A stretch of DNA of 63,204 bases, filler included, from Octopus bimaculoides (GCF_001194135.2; 7 parts of 7 records of this genome joined end to end with filler, not necessarily neighbours in it), one strand, 5' to 3'; shown: positions 10,425 to 23,439, numbered from the whole stretch's first letter. Notes: generated by a model from the letters alone, not told the origin. Translations and numbers: made by a program.

Positions 10425-10720
10425 TCATCGTTTAACGTCCGCTTTCCATGCTAGCATGAGTTAGATGATTTGACTGAGGACTGGTGAAACCAGATGGCTA
10501 CACGAGGCTCCAATCTGATTTGGCAGAGTTTCTACAGCTGGATGCCCTTCCTAACGCCAACCACTCAGAGTGTGTAGTGGGTGCTTTTATGTGTCACCCA
10601 CACGAAGGCCAGTCAGGCGGTACTGGCAACGGCCACGCTCAAAATGGTGTATTTTATGTGCCACCCGCACAGGAGCCAGTCCAGGGGCACTGGCAACGAT
10701 CTCGCTCGAAAATCCTTACA
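10425..10720 (-). mobile_element. SINE family C with two tandem ~70-nt internal units
   Basis: Minus strand GTTGCCAGTGCCCCTGGACTGGC... and GTTGCCAGTACCGCCTGACTGGC..., then GAGTGGTTGGCGTTAGGAAGGGCATCCAGCTGTAG and the AAGCGGACGTTAAACGATGATGAT tail. Confidence 0.85.
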
Positions 10721-11299
10721 CATAGATTTAAATTTCTAACCAGTATATTAGGAACAAAGACTTCCAGTAACTCTGGCTCAAAGTCTCCCTCCTCCACTCT
10801 TCAAAATATATCTGCCTCCTATGCTACTTTCTGAATCCTTCAACTCTTTGACAGTGTCTGTTTTTGCATCAAGGTCATACACTTCACTAGAAACTAGTCT
10901 TCAGTGACTTCAACACTCAGATTTCTTCTTGGATCTCACACTCATCCCACACAGGTACCACTAGTCCAGAAAATAATTCTTTCACAGTCCTCAACTCTGA
11001 GCATCACTTAGTTTCATTCCTGTTCAGAAACATTTGCTATTAAAGAATATTTTATCAAACATTTCACACATTCAAAGTGTTTTCAGGGGTTAATCAATTT
11101 TGAAAATTAAAAGAAAGAAAAAATATCAACAAATATCGTTACAAGATTTTAATTAAAACAGATTACAAATTTACATAGAAATGTGAATTTTTTGTCATAA
11201 ATATCACTGAAAAAAAATTTAACAAGCATTTTTCATTTCTTATTTACATTGTTAAAAGAAAGTTTTCAACAAGTCACATCAATATTTTTTTCTTATGTA

Positions 11300-11490
11300 A
11301 AGTGGCAGAATCATGCCAGGCAAAATGCTTAGTGGCATTTCATCCATTTTTATGTTGAGTTCAAATTTCTTTGAGGTTGACTTTGCCTTTCATGGTCACT
11401 AAAATAAGTACAAGTTGAGCACTGGAGTCAATGTAATCAACTTATCCCCACCTCTGAAACTGCTGGCCTTGTCCTAAAATTTGAAACCAA
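11300..11490 (+). mobile_element. SINE family A, tail type 2
   Basis: GTGGCAGAATCATGCCAGGCAAAATGCTTAGTGGCATTT...GAGTTCAAATT...GACTTTGCCTTTCAT...CTGGCCTTGTCCTAAAATTTGAAACCAA. Confidence 0.8.
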
Positions 11491-11494
11491 TATT

Positions 11495-11736
11495 TTTCTC
11501 TCGTGTATATTTGCTAATGCTTAACAGCATGACTGTGAATGACTAGCAAACAAATTTTCACATTTATAAGGATGCACTGCAGAGTTTTCCAAATAATGAT
11601 TAATGAGTCACAAAATGATCCTTCACACATTTCACGTGTAGACAACAAAATGAGAATTCTATAGAGAATTGCTACACAGAATTCACTCTGATAAACGTTC
11701 TTCAATGTGTTGCTAGACTTGCAAGAGAAAGGTTTC
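11495..11736 (-). pseudogene. Degenerate fingers downstream of ZNF-2 stop
   Basis: Minus strand ATGTGAGAAACCTTTCTCTTGC (CEKPFSC), GTGAAATGTGTGAAGGATCATTT (EMCEGSF), TATAAATGTGAAAAT (YKCEN) and ATACACGAGAGAAAAA (TREK linker), all out of frame. Confidence 0.65.
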
Positions 11737-12840
11737 TCACATTTCAAGTGATATTTCTCCTGTGTGTATTCGTTCATGCTTTTTCAAGTGACTGTTAGTG
11801 ATAAAGGATTTTCCACATATTTCACAGTGATAAGGCTTTTCCCCAGTGTGCAATCGTTCATGACGTTTTAAATCACTATTATTGACAAAAGATTTCTCAC
11901 ATATTTCACAGTGATAAGGTTTTTCTCCAGTGTGTCTACGTTTGTGGATTGTAAGCTGAGAATTTTCAATGAAAGGTTTCCCACAAATATCACAGTGAAA
12001 TGGATTTTCTCCGGTATGTATTCTTTTGTGAGTTGTTAAATGACTGTTGCAGACAAAAGATTTCCCACATATCTCACAATGGTATGGTTTTTCTCCAGTA
12101 TGTATTCTTTTGTGAACTACAAGACTGAAATTAACAGAAAATGATTTTCCACATATTTCACAGTGATAGGGTTTCTCTCCAGTGTGTGCTCGTTGGTGAA
12201 TGATAACATTCGAGTTGTTAATAAAAGACTTCCCACATATATCACAGTGAAATGGTTTTTCTCCATTGTGTTTTTTAATGTGTGTTGTCAAATTACTGTT
12301 AGACACAAATGCTTTCCCACATAGTTGACAGCAATATGGCTTTTCTCCAGTATGACTACGTATGTGGATTGTAAGACTAGAATTTTCAATGAAGGATGTC
12401 CCACATATTTCACAGTGAAACAGATTCTGTCCAGTGTGTATCCTTTTATGTGTTGTTAAATTACTGTTAGAGACAAAAGACTTTCCACATATATTACAAT
12501 TATACGGTTTTTCTCCAGAGTGTATTCTTTTGTGCGCTTTCAAGTGGTCATTAGAGACAAACGATTTACCACATATTTCACAATGATATGGTCTTTCGCC
12601 AGTATGTATTCTCTTATGGACTGTAAGCCTAGAATTTTTAATGAAAGATTTGCCACATATTTCACAGCATAACAGGTTTTTCCCACTATGTACTCTGTTA
12701 TGTGTTTTTAAATGTCCATTGCTGATAAAAGATTTTCCACAAATTTCACAATGATAAGGTTTTTCCCTATTGCATACCTCATGTTTCGAAGAAAACATAT
12801 TCCTTCTGGATGCTGATCTTTGATTAGGAAAATGATTCAT
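11737..12840 (-). CDS. Tandem C2H2 zinc-finger protein (ZNF-2), 12 intact fingers, single coding exon
   Basis: Open frame 11737-12861 (GTG); ATGs at 12840 and 12798, the latter homologous to the ZNF-1 ATG at 3319. It has 12 consecutive canonical fingers with TGEKP-type linkers. Confidence 0.92.
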   Translation of the reverse strand: MNHFPNQRSASRRNMFSSKHEVCNREKPYHCEICGKSFISNGHLKTHNRVHSGKNLLCCEICGKSFIKNSRLTVHKRIHTGERPYHCEICGKSFVSNDHLKAHKRIHSGEKPYNCNICGKSFVSNSNLTTHKRIHTGQNLFHCEICGTSFIENSSLTIHIRSHTGEKPYCCQLCGKAFVSNSNLTTHIKKHNGEKPFHCDICGKSFINNSNVIIHQRAHTGEKPYHCEICGKSFSVNFSLVVHKRIHTGEKPYHCEICGKSFVCNSHLTTHKRIHTGENPFHCDICGKPFIENSQLTIHKRRHTGEKPYHCEICEKSFVNNSDLKRHERLHTGEKPYHCEICGKSFITNSHLKKHERIHTGEISLEM

Positions 12841-13414
12841 TTTGTAAAGCTTTCTCACCACTATATTTCCATGTCACCAAATCTATATTGATATAAACAG
12901 TTGTATTAGATGAACCAAATAGATTAACGTCTTCTGTTAATTGGCAAAAATTTCTTAAAACTTGAAAAATGTCCGTCAGTATAAATATATTTTGTTATCA
13001 TTCACTTTCTTGTAATTAACAGCATGGGGCTGTTTATAAGGGAAAATTATCCAATCATTTTATACTTACCACGAGAATGCTCATTGCTTGCAGAGCACTC
13101 TGCAAGTGGTAGGCATTGCTGCACTCAAAAACATTTTTAGTTTTATATTAAGTTTTTGGTTATACTCGATGGTTGTTATGTAAGAAATGAAATAATATAC
13201 AATGTCTATAAATAAATGGTAGCAGATGTTCTGGTGAAATCAACGCCCTTCTAATTGTATGAGGCTGTAAAATAAGAAAAGATAACGGTGTAAAACAGAT
13301 GTCTGGAAAAAGAATGGCGTATGTTTCCAAATAAATTATGGGCATGTACAAGTGTATGTGAGGCAATAAATTAGGATGGTTCACCACGAATAATGTGGAA
13401 TGATATTAACTAGC

Positions 13415-13730
13415 ATTCTGTTGGTTACGACGACGTCGAGGGTTCCAGTTTATCTGATCAACGGAACAGCCTGCTCGTGAAATTAACAGGCAAGTGGCTG
13501 GGCACTCCACAAACATGCGTACCTTAACGTAGTTATCAAGGAGGTTCAGCGTGACAAAGAATGTCACAAGGCTGGTCCTAAGAATTACAGGTACAAGTCA
13601 ATTTTGTCAACAGAGTGGACGAGAGCAACGTGAAATAAAATGTCAAGGACACAACGCACCGCCAAGAATTGGACTCAAGTCCTTACGCTTGTAAGCCGAA
13701 TACCCTCACCACAAAGCCACGCGCCTTCTC
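13415..13730 (-). mobile_element. SINE with family-E-like head and family-D 3' body
   Basis: 3' part (CCACTTGCCTGTTAATTTCACGAGCAGGCTGTTCCGTTGATCAGATAAACTGGAACCCTCGACGTCG) matches family D. The 5' part has GTGCGTTGTGTCCTTGACATTTTATTTCACGTTGCTC, like 130-178. Confidence 0.7.
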
Positions 13731-14531
13731 TGGGCTGATATAGTCGTAATAATACACTTTCGATTTTAAAGGCCAGTTTAAAAGTAAATAAAAGCTCAAA
13801 AGCGGACAATGTGATTTGAGACGAAATTAAGAAATCATCACGTTAGTGTTGAAACACCGATGCAGCAATATCAATGTTCATCTTAACATGATATACACAT
13901 TAACTTGTAACGTAATATAACAAAAACTAACAACTAAAAATGAAACATCAATGTTTACCTAAAAATAAAGGCCTAACTACAGAGTTGTACACCCCCACCC
14001 CCCCGATTTTGGAAGGTCATAACTTTCAGAAAAATGAATATTTTAGTAGTTATGCCAAAATGAAAATTATAAGCATTAAAATTCACCCTGAACATGACAG
14101 AGGTTTAAACATTAGCATTCACCTCAAGGCAGTTTGTCTCATGGCCTGAATGACACGGGTGATAACTCTGCCAAAGTCTAACATAGTTTAATGCATTCTG
14201 AAACATTTTAAATTATTTCTTTTCACTTTTTCATCCGTATCCAGCGGACCGTAAATCAAAAAGCATCGCCAAGAAACTAACGCGCATCAACGAAGGAGCA
14301 ACCATGTAGTAGTTCAACGTGGCAGAAATAGCAGCCAAATCCCGTTTAAATCACATTCAGATAACTAAAAACAAGATACGACAACAGTGTACAGGGTCTT
14401 ATGATAGACTGGTGAGTGTCGTCCTTGATAAACAAAATACGGGGTAGTCATCGCTAGAACATCTTAGACCCATAAGTTTGCTTAGTCAGGCTGACCTAAA
14501 AAAAACATCGTTTTTGTTTATTTCTCTTTTT

Positions 14532-15117
14532 GGTGGACATTGGAATTAGACACTGAGGGAAAATGGCTGTAACTTTTTTATTTTTTAATTTTGGCGATTN
14601 NNNNNNNNNCGATAATGTGTTCTATATGTCACGGTCATGCGATTCCCCCCCCCCCAAAAAAAAATTGGGGGTTAGGGTTAGGTTTACCCGAACCCTAACC
14701 CCGTTTGCCAAAGCGCATTTTTTCCTTCATATTTATTTACATATAGTCCATCTGAGATTTGGATTGTCCGCGTTTATTTGTTATTTCTAGCATATCAAGT
14801 TTCGTGGTGGGGACTCCACATATGATCCTTTTTCTGTTTCAATATAAATGTAAGCCGTTCATTTTCACATCTAAGTTGCGAGAAGGCTATTCGTACGACC
14901 TGAACATATAGAACACAATGTCAAAAATGAAAATCGCCACCAACAACCCCCACCCCACCCGTGTGTGGGGGAGGGGAGGGGGTGGTCCAAAATTTTTTTT
15001 AGGGGGAATCGCATGACTGTGACATATAGAACACATTATCGAAAACGAAAATCGTCAAAATTAAAAAATAAAAAAGTTACAGCCATTTTCCCTCAGTGTC
15101 TAATTCCAATGTCCACC
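14532..15117. mobile_element. Non-autonomous DNA transposon (MITE/foldback) with ~125-bp TIRs and 8-bp TSD
   Basis: GGTGGACATTGGAATTAGACACTGAGGGAAAATGGCTGTAAC... (from 14532) is the reverse complement of ...GTTACAGCCATTTTCCCTCAGTGTCTAATTCCAATGTCCACC (to 15117). Pairing continues to GCGATTCCCCC / GGGGGAATCGC. Flanks are CTCTTTTT at 14524-14531 and 15118-15125. Confidence 0.9.
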
Positions 15118-15669
15118 CTCTTTTTTGTTTAATCAAAACGATCAAACCACGAAAACACAATGATGAATAAATGAAAAAAAACATTTAAAAGAAAAATCAG
15201 TCATATATTTTCGAAATACAAATTCTTACCAAGATGATTTAATTCCACAGGGTGTTAATAAAGACATTCTGATGGGACAACACGTAAGTTTATGAAACAT
15301 TAGAATATTTCACCGTTGTCATTCAGGTGGAAACATTCTGAACGACATCAGAAATTTGACACTGTCGAGTGCTCCCAAAGATTTTTGTTATGAACTAAAT
15401 AATTCATCCTGTAATGATTGCATTTCCCCGGCTGATTGTTTTAGAGAAAAAGAATATCAACAATGTATTGCCATTAAAGGTTTATAAATGCGGAGGCACA
15501 ATTTTATTATTAGCGACACTTTCGCATTCTTTTTAACAGTTCCCTGAAAAGTACTCAAAATGATATAATAATACAATATAAACTAAGTATAAAAAAAAAC
15601 TGTATATAAATAAATGAGATTTTATTTATATTCATTTCTTTCGCTTTATTTAATGACAAATTAGTTTCG

Positions 15670-15769
15670 NNNNNNNNNNNNNNNNNNNNNNNNNNNNNNN
15701 NNNNNNNNNNNNNTTAATTAATTAANNNNNNNNNNNNNNNNNNNNNNNNNNNNNNNNNNNNNNNNNNNN
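15670..15769. other. Artificial 100-bp scaffold spacer (44N-TTAATTAATTAA-44N); identical spacers at 36822-36921, 41155-41254, 47759-47858, 54293-54392, 61934-62033
   Basis: Six occurrences with the same geometry; the 12-mer has stop codons in all six frames. Confidence 0.95.
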
Positions 15770-15815
<46 letters not shown>

Positions 15816-15834
15816 TATCTTTCCATATTTATGG

Positions 15835-16330
15835 GAAGCCCATGGAGACCAGTGGTTTCCGTAAAATATGTAGATGTGTTGCGCTGGTCAGCTATTCAAC
15901 AGAAACCACATGGTCACTGTGAAAAATTCTAGTCTGACAAGGATTTATGCATCTCTACAAACAATCCTATATATATATATATATCATCATAAGCATTTAA
16001 TGTCCGTGTTCCATGCTAGCATAGGTTATATACATATGTATGTATGTATGTATATATGTATGTATGTATATATGTATGTATGTATGTATGTATATATGTA
16101 TGTATGTATGTATATATGTATGTATGTATATTTATATATCTGGACCTGGTGCCTGCCAATCTCCACCTGTTTGGTGAAATGAAGGATAGTCTTTGGAGAA
16201 AACAATTTAAAAACACAGCTGAACTGAAAACTACGAAATGGTAAACCTAAGTATTTTCCAGAGATGTTCTGAGACATGGATTCATGGCAGAATGCAAGAA
16301 ACTATATTGAAATACTTAACCAGCACATGG
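15835..16330 (+). mobile_element. Mariner-type transposase relic interrupted by microsatellite and a SINE-C tail
   Basis: 16140-16240 reads DLVPANLHLFGEMKDSLWRKQFKNTAELK, compared with mariner DLAPSDYHLF..LK..L.GK.F....E.K. Confidence 0.6.
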
Positions 16331-16618
16331 AATTGCAACAACCTACGTCAATTTATAAAAATGTTATGTTCATTATTGCATTACTTTCAGAACAGCTCTG
16401 TGTGTGCACATGTGCACATTGTGCATCTGTTTGTCTGTCTGTCTATCTATCTATCTATATCCACACACACACACATGTTAATAGTACCCAGGGGTAACAG
16501 TGGGTATGATCCTGCATGCAGGACCCATTTCTGCATAGGATTAATATAATAATGATAACATGGATGTTGACAATCTGTAATTAATGATCACAACATATAT
16601 ATATATATATATATATAT

Positions 16619-16653
<35 letters not shown>

Positions 16654-17750
16654 NNNNNNNNNNTATAAATGCATGCATGTGTACAAACACACACACACAC
16701 ACACACATGTGAGGAAGGTATGGACATGTTTTCTTTACTTGGTTCAGCAGTTGGACTACGACCATGCTGAGGCATTGTCTCAAAAGTCTTAGTGGAAGAA
16801 TTCTTAAGAACCTTTAAAATTTGGTTCTTCTTCTATCAGTCATTCTGCCAAACAACTAACTTATGGAGATGCAAATAAATCCTCACTAGCCATCAAACAA
16901 TGAAGAACACACACACACACATACACACACACACACATATGTGTATGCATGCGCACACGCGCTCATGCAGACACACATACACAACAGGCTTGTTTCTGTT
17001 TCTGTCTACTAAAATCTACTCACAAGAGTTTTGTCAGCCCAATGCTATAGCAAAAGAAGCTCGCCCAAGGTGGCACACAATGGGACTGAACTTGAAACAA
17101 CGTGGTTTGAAAGCAAACTTCTTGCCACACAGCCACATCTGCACCTATGTATATGTGTATGTGTGTGTGTGTATGTAATCAAAAATATACACTCAATCTC
17201 TATACACACATACATAGGCATGTACACATGTATGTATATTCAGATCAGTGTGGTGTGTGTACAAATACAAACTGTCTATTCCGACTTACATCTTCATATT
17301 ATATATACATGCATATGTATATGTGTAGATATATATATATATATATATATATANNNNNNNNNNNNNNNNNNNNNNNNNNNNNNNNNNNNNNNNNNNNNNN
17401 NNNNNNNNNNNNNNNNNNNNNNNNNNNNNNNNNNNNNNNNNNNNNNNNNNNNNNNNNNNNNNNNNNNNNNNNNNNNNNNNNNNNNNNNNNNNNNNNNNNN
17501 NNNNNNNNNNNNNNNNNNNNNNNNNNNNNNNNNNNNNNNNNNNNNNNNNNNNNNNNNNNNNNNNNNNNNNNNNNNNNNNNNNNNNNNNNNNNNNNNNNNN
17601 NNNNNNNNNNNNNNNNNNNNNNNNNNNNNNNNNNNNNNNNNNNNNNNNNNNNNNNNNNNNNNNNNNNNNNNNNNNNNNNNNNNNNNNNNNNNNNNNNNNN
17701 NNNNNNNNNNNNNNNNNNNNNNNNNNNNNNNNNNNNNNNNNNNNNNNNNN

Positions 17751-17793
<43 letters not shown>

Positions 17794-17797
17794 ACAC

Positions 17798-17828
<31 letters not shown>

Positions 17829-18260
17829 AATACATATTATTTTAATTTTTTGGTTTTCTTATTTATAAAGATTGAAATCGCACAACACAAAGTCTTCAAG
17901 ACACAAAGCGCGAGAGAGAGAAAGAGAGAGAGAGAGAAACAGACAGACATACAGATAGTATAGAGTGAATAAGGGGGCGATAACAAAAAGGAACAGGAAC
18001 AGGAACAAGGGAAAGACAAGAGAGGAAAAAGGGATAGATAACATGTATTTCTCCTAATCATTAGAGCATATTTTCAGTATAACGAGGAAAATCTTAATGC
18101 AAATCAGATAATTATATTCATAAGTTAATCACTGTGGAAATAGCAGTATCTCTAAGATATATATATAAGCATCTTCCTTTTTCCCTGTAACCGAAGTACG
18201 ATAAGAGCCGTATAAAACAGGTTGATTTAAGCTTCTAAATTGTATAGGGAAGAGATGTGG

Positions 18261-18297
<37 letters not shown>

Positions 18298-18439
18298 TTC
18301 TTTTTTGTTATGCTTTATCCTATTTATTTATTTTTGTTTTGTTTTTTATTATATCTTTTCTGGTTTTTTTTTTTTTGTTTCCTTCTAATTTCTCTTGCTT
18401 CCGTTGCGAGCTTGTGTAAATGTTACGAGCATTTTTATA

Positions 18440-18990
<551 letters not shown>

Positions 18991-19951
18991 AATGTAGCTA
19001 GGTAATGTATGTTGTGGTAAGTTTTCACTATCGTTTCATTCTATAATAGGTAAATTAAGAAAGATGCTGAGATACAAGCCGGTGGTGGTTATGGTAATGG
19101 TGGCACCAATATCAAAATATCTTTAAGTAAGAGTCCTGGTGTTGGTGAGAGAAAAAGAAGCAGAGAACAAAAAAAAAAAAATGGAAATCAAAAGGATAAA
19201 TAAAATAAAACTAATATTAAAATAAAAAATAAAAATTCTTTCCTACTCTAGGCACAAGGCCTGAAGTTGTTTGAGAGGGGAGGCAGTTGATTAGATTACC
19301 CCAGTACGCAACTGGTATTTAATTTATCGACCCCCACTTCCCTGAGAGGATNNNNNNNNNNNNNNNNNNNNNNNNNNNNNNNNNNNNNNNNNNNNNNNNN
19401 NNNNNNNNNNNNNNNNNNNNNNNNNNNNNNNNNNNNNNNNNNNNNNNNNNNNNNNNNNNNNNNNNNNNNNNNNNNNNNNNNNNNNNNNNNNNNNNNNNNN
19501 NNNNNNNNNNNNNNNNNNNNNNNNNNNNNNNNNNNNNNNNNNNNNNNNNNNNNNNNNNNNNNNNNNNNNNNNNNNNNNNNNNNNNNNNNNNNNNNNNNNN
19601 NNNNNNNNNNNNNNNNNNNNNNNNNNNNNNNNNNNNNNNNNNNNNNNNNNNNNNNNNNNNNNNNNNNNNNNNNNNNNNNNNNNNNNNNNNNNNNNNNNNN
19701 NNNNNNNNNNNNNNNNNNNNNNNNNNNNNNNNNNNNNNNNNNNNNNNNNNNNNNNNNNNNNNNNNNNNNNNNNNNNNNNNNNNNNNNNNNNNNNNNNNNN
19801 NNNNNNNNNNNNNNNNNNNNNNNNNNNNNNNNNNNNNNNNNNNNNNNNNNNNNNNNNNNNNNNNNNNNNNNNNNNNNNNNNNNNNNNNNNNNNNNNNNNN
19901 NNNNNNNNNNNNNNNNNNNNNNNNNNNNNNNNNNNNNNNNNNNNNNNNNNN

Positions 19952-19999
<48 letters not shown>

Positions 20000-20785
20000 T
20001 ATATACACACACACGCACACACATATATATATATATATATACATATGTATGTGTATATGTGTGCCTGTAGTTGTGTATGCATTTATGTATGAATAGATAT
20101 ATGTGCATGAGTATGTATGTGTGAGTGTATGCATGTATGTATGGATGTGTATATACAGCTATGTATGAACATATATATGTCTATATATGTGTGTACATAT
20201 ATATACGTATATACATATTTATGTATGTATATGTATGTTAGTATGTGTGTGTGTACATGCATGTGTGTATGTATGTTTAAAAATTAGATATAGAATCTAC
20301 TAGTACCCTTGATAAACATCTCACCAAAGAACAATGAAGCGAAATAAAGACTTGTCATACCATTGGTAAACCCAAAAAAGCAAACAGGACAAAGACATAA
20401 ATGTGAAGACATAAATGTGAACATAAATAGATTAAGCATAACTGTAGCGGGTATCTCATCAGCTGCCAATCAGATATAATGTGGTTTTAGCACATTAAGG
20501 CAGGATCACTGTTTCCATTGTTATTAAAGAACATCAGAAAATATATTTCAATGCTGATCAGGAGTATATAAATGGAAACATTTGAACAAAATTCAACTGT
20601 ATAAATTATAAGTGGTAGCGAATAAAATGAAAATGAACTAATTATATATAAACCAACCTATGTAAATTAAATATTAATAAATAAGCTATTAGAGAAATAA
20701 GATAAGTAAAATGAATAAAAATAATTATGATAATGGTACTAACAAAAATGAAATTAAAATAAGATAAGAGCATTATATATATATG

Positions 20786-20828
<43 letters not shown>

Positions 20829-21344
20829 AAATATATTTTTTNNNNNNNNNNGTGGCACAACTGAGGTTGTGATGGCCAGAAACTGACTGCATTTTAGGAT
20901 CTTTTTTTTTTTTTTTACATGAGTTTAGCTTCTAGAAGGAAGTTCTAACAAGAACTAGGGGTCCTTCACTCTTGGTGGTTCACATAGTAGTTAACCCATA
21001 GCTGGGAGACTAACAGATATAATTTAAAGTCATACACAAAACTGAAAAATAAACAGATAAATTGACATCGTACAGTGTCTGCAAGTTGATGAGTACCACA
21101 TATTCCCCTCCAATTTCTTATTGATACACACACACACACACACACACATATATATTCATACGCTCACATACACATGTCATCATCATCATCACCATCACCA
21201 GTAGCAGCCCCGTTTTTAACGTCCACTTTTCCATACCTGCATGGGTCAAGTGGAACTCCAAATTATATGATCAAGAATCAAAAGCAAACTTCTTACCATA
21301 TAGCTATGCCCACACCTATATGCATGTGTGTGTGTGTGTAGCGG

Positions 21345-21885
21345 GATGGATTTTCGAGCGGGATCGTTGCCGGTGCCCCTGGGCTGGGGCTCTTGTGCGG
21401 GTGACACATGAGGTTTCTCGAGCGAGATGAGCGTGGCCGTTGCCAGTACCGCCTGACTGGCCTTCGTGCGGGTGACACGGAAAAGCACCCACTACACTCT
21501 TTGAGTGGTTGGCGTTAGGAAGGGCATCCANNNNNNNNNNNNNNNNNNNNNNNNNNNNNNNNNNNNNNNNNNNNNNNNNNNNNNNNNNNNNNNNNNNNNN
21601 NNNNNNNNNNNNNNNNNNNNNNNNNNNNNNNNNNNNNNNNNNNNNNNNNNNNNNNNNNNNNNNNNNNNNNNNNNNNNNNNNNNNNNNNNNNNNNNNNNNN
21701 NNNNNNNNNNNNNNNNNNNNNNNNNNNNNACACTCTCTGAGTGGTTGGCGTTAGGAAGGGCATCCAGCTGTAGAAACTCTGCCAAATCAGATTGGAGCCT
21801 GGCGTAGCCATCTGGTTTCACCAGTCCTCAGTCAAATCGTCCAACCCATGCTAGCATGGAGAGCGGACGTTAAACGACGACGATG
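21345..21885 (+). mobile_element. SINE family C (gap inside)
   Basis: Tandem GTTGCC.GT.CC.CTG.CTGG units, GAGTGGTTGGCGTTAGGAAGGGCATCC, and tail GGACGTTAAACGACGACGATG. Confidence 0.85.
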
Positions 21886-22714
21886 CATGTATGTATATTT
21901 GCATGTATGTGTGTGTTTGTGCATCGTTTGTGAATAAATACATGACTGTGTTCTGATATTTGAGAAGTCAAACCAGAAATAAAAAGCCCAACTCCCTCTG
22001 CATGTTATTACAAACAAACTGAAACTTGTTGTACATGAAATTTCCATCATGACACCCAATTTCTGTCTTTTATGTATAAGCAAATAGTATTTAAGTGCTT
22101 CCGGTTCTTGCCGATATCTTCTGAACACTGATAATGGAACCTCCATCCAAGAATTAGATTAACTTTCGCGATGACGCTAATAATAGGTTTATCTTTATTT
22201 TCCCATCAAGAAATTTCCAGAACCTCGATAAGTATTTGAATATAAAAGTCATTAATGTCTCGTCTGTCCACTTTGAAAATGTTTATCATAATGTATAATA
22301 CAGATGTTGATCTGGGCACTTCCGGTCCACAGTGACCTTTGACAGAATCTTACCAACGAGGGCATCATTAATTAATTTCACTTGATTTATGTTTGTTGGT
22401 GTGATATAATTATGATTTTCATTTTGGGGGGTTTATTCTTTCATGTCAATTTCTTTATTTTTTTTTAATTACCATTTATTTCTGTATCTAATTATTTTTT
22501 TTTTTCCTGTGTGTAAGTTTCGATGTATATCAGGATCGTTAGTGTTTTTGTAGATGTTATTTAACGATTTAGAAGGGGGTGTTTTTTGATGTCTCTTCTA
22601 AGGGGTGTTTGTTGTTGTCGTTTGTTTATATGATGATGTATTGTTTTGTTTAATTGTTCATTTATTCATTTCTAATTATTATTATTATTATTACTTTTTT
22701 GATTTTTACACAGG

Positions 22715-23055
22715 TGTGGCCATGCAGTAGAGAGCTTGCCTCTCAACCACATGGTTCCAAGTTCACTTCCAACATGTGGCACTTCAGACAAGTGTCTTCT
22801 ACCACCACCTCAGGCTGACCAAAGCCTTGTGAGTGGATTTGGAAGACAGAAGCTAAAAGAAGTCTATCATATACACGTACACATGTGTGTTTATGACCCC
22901 CTCCCCCATAACTTGGCAGTTCAGTGAAAGTGACTGATAAAATAAGTACCAGGATTAAAAGCCAAGTACTGGGAGCAATCCATTCAACTAAAAATTCTTC
23001 CAGGCAGTGCTCTTGCATGGTCACAGTCTAGTGATTGAAACAAGCAAAAGATAAA
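22715..23055 (+). mobile_element. Diverged SINE family B
   Basis: AACCACATGGTTCCAAGTTCACTTCC...AAGTGTCTTCTAC...AAAGCCTTGTGAGTGGATTTGG...AGCATGGTCACAGTCTAGTGATTGAAACAAGCAAAAGATAAAA-like tail. Confidence 0.7.
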
Positions 23056-23404
23056 ATATAAAGATTTTCATAAGGTGTGACTGTGTGGTAAGAAGCTTNN
23101 NNNNNNNNNNNNNNNNNNNNNNNNNNNNNNNNNNNNNNNNNNNNNNNNNNNNNNNNNNNNNNNNNNNNNNNNNNNNNNNNNNNNNNNNNNNNNNNNNNNN
23201 NNNNNNNNNNNNNNNNNNNNNNNNNNNNNNNNNNNNNNNNNNNNNNNNNNNNNNNNNNNNNNNNNNNNNNNNNNNNNNNNNNNNNNNNNNNNNNNNNNNN
23301 NNNNNNNNNNNNNNNNNNNNNNNNNNNNNNNNNNNNNNNNNNNNNNNNNNNNNNNNNNNNNNNNNNNNNNNNNNNNNNNNNNNNNNNNNNNNNNNNNNNN
23401 NNNN

Positions 23405-23439
<35 letters not shown>

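Noticed and set aside
15230-15337. 108-nt segment with good minus-strand splice sites (TTCAG| ... TTG|GTAAGA)
   Set aside because: Stops in all three frames; at most a 5' UTR exon of ZNF-2, which is unsupported without transcripts.
21480-21775. Same SINE-C segment (CACTCT.TGAGTGGTTGGCGTTAGGAAGGGCATCCA) on both sides of a gap
   Set aside because: Most simply an unmerged contig overlap rather than a real tandem duplication.
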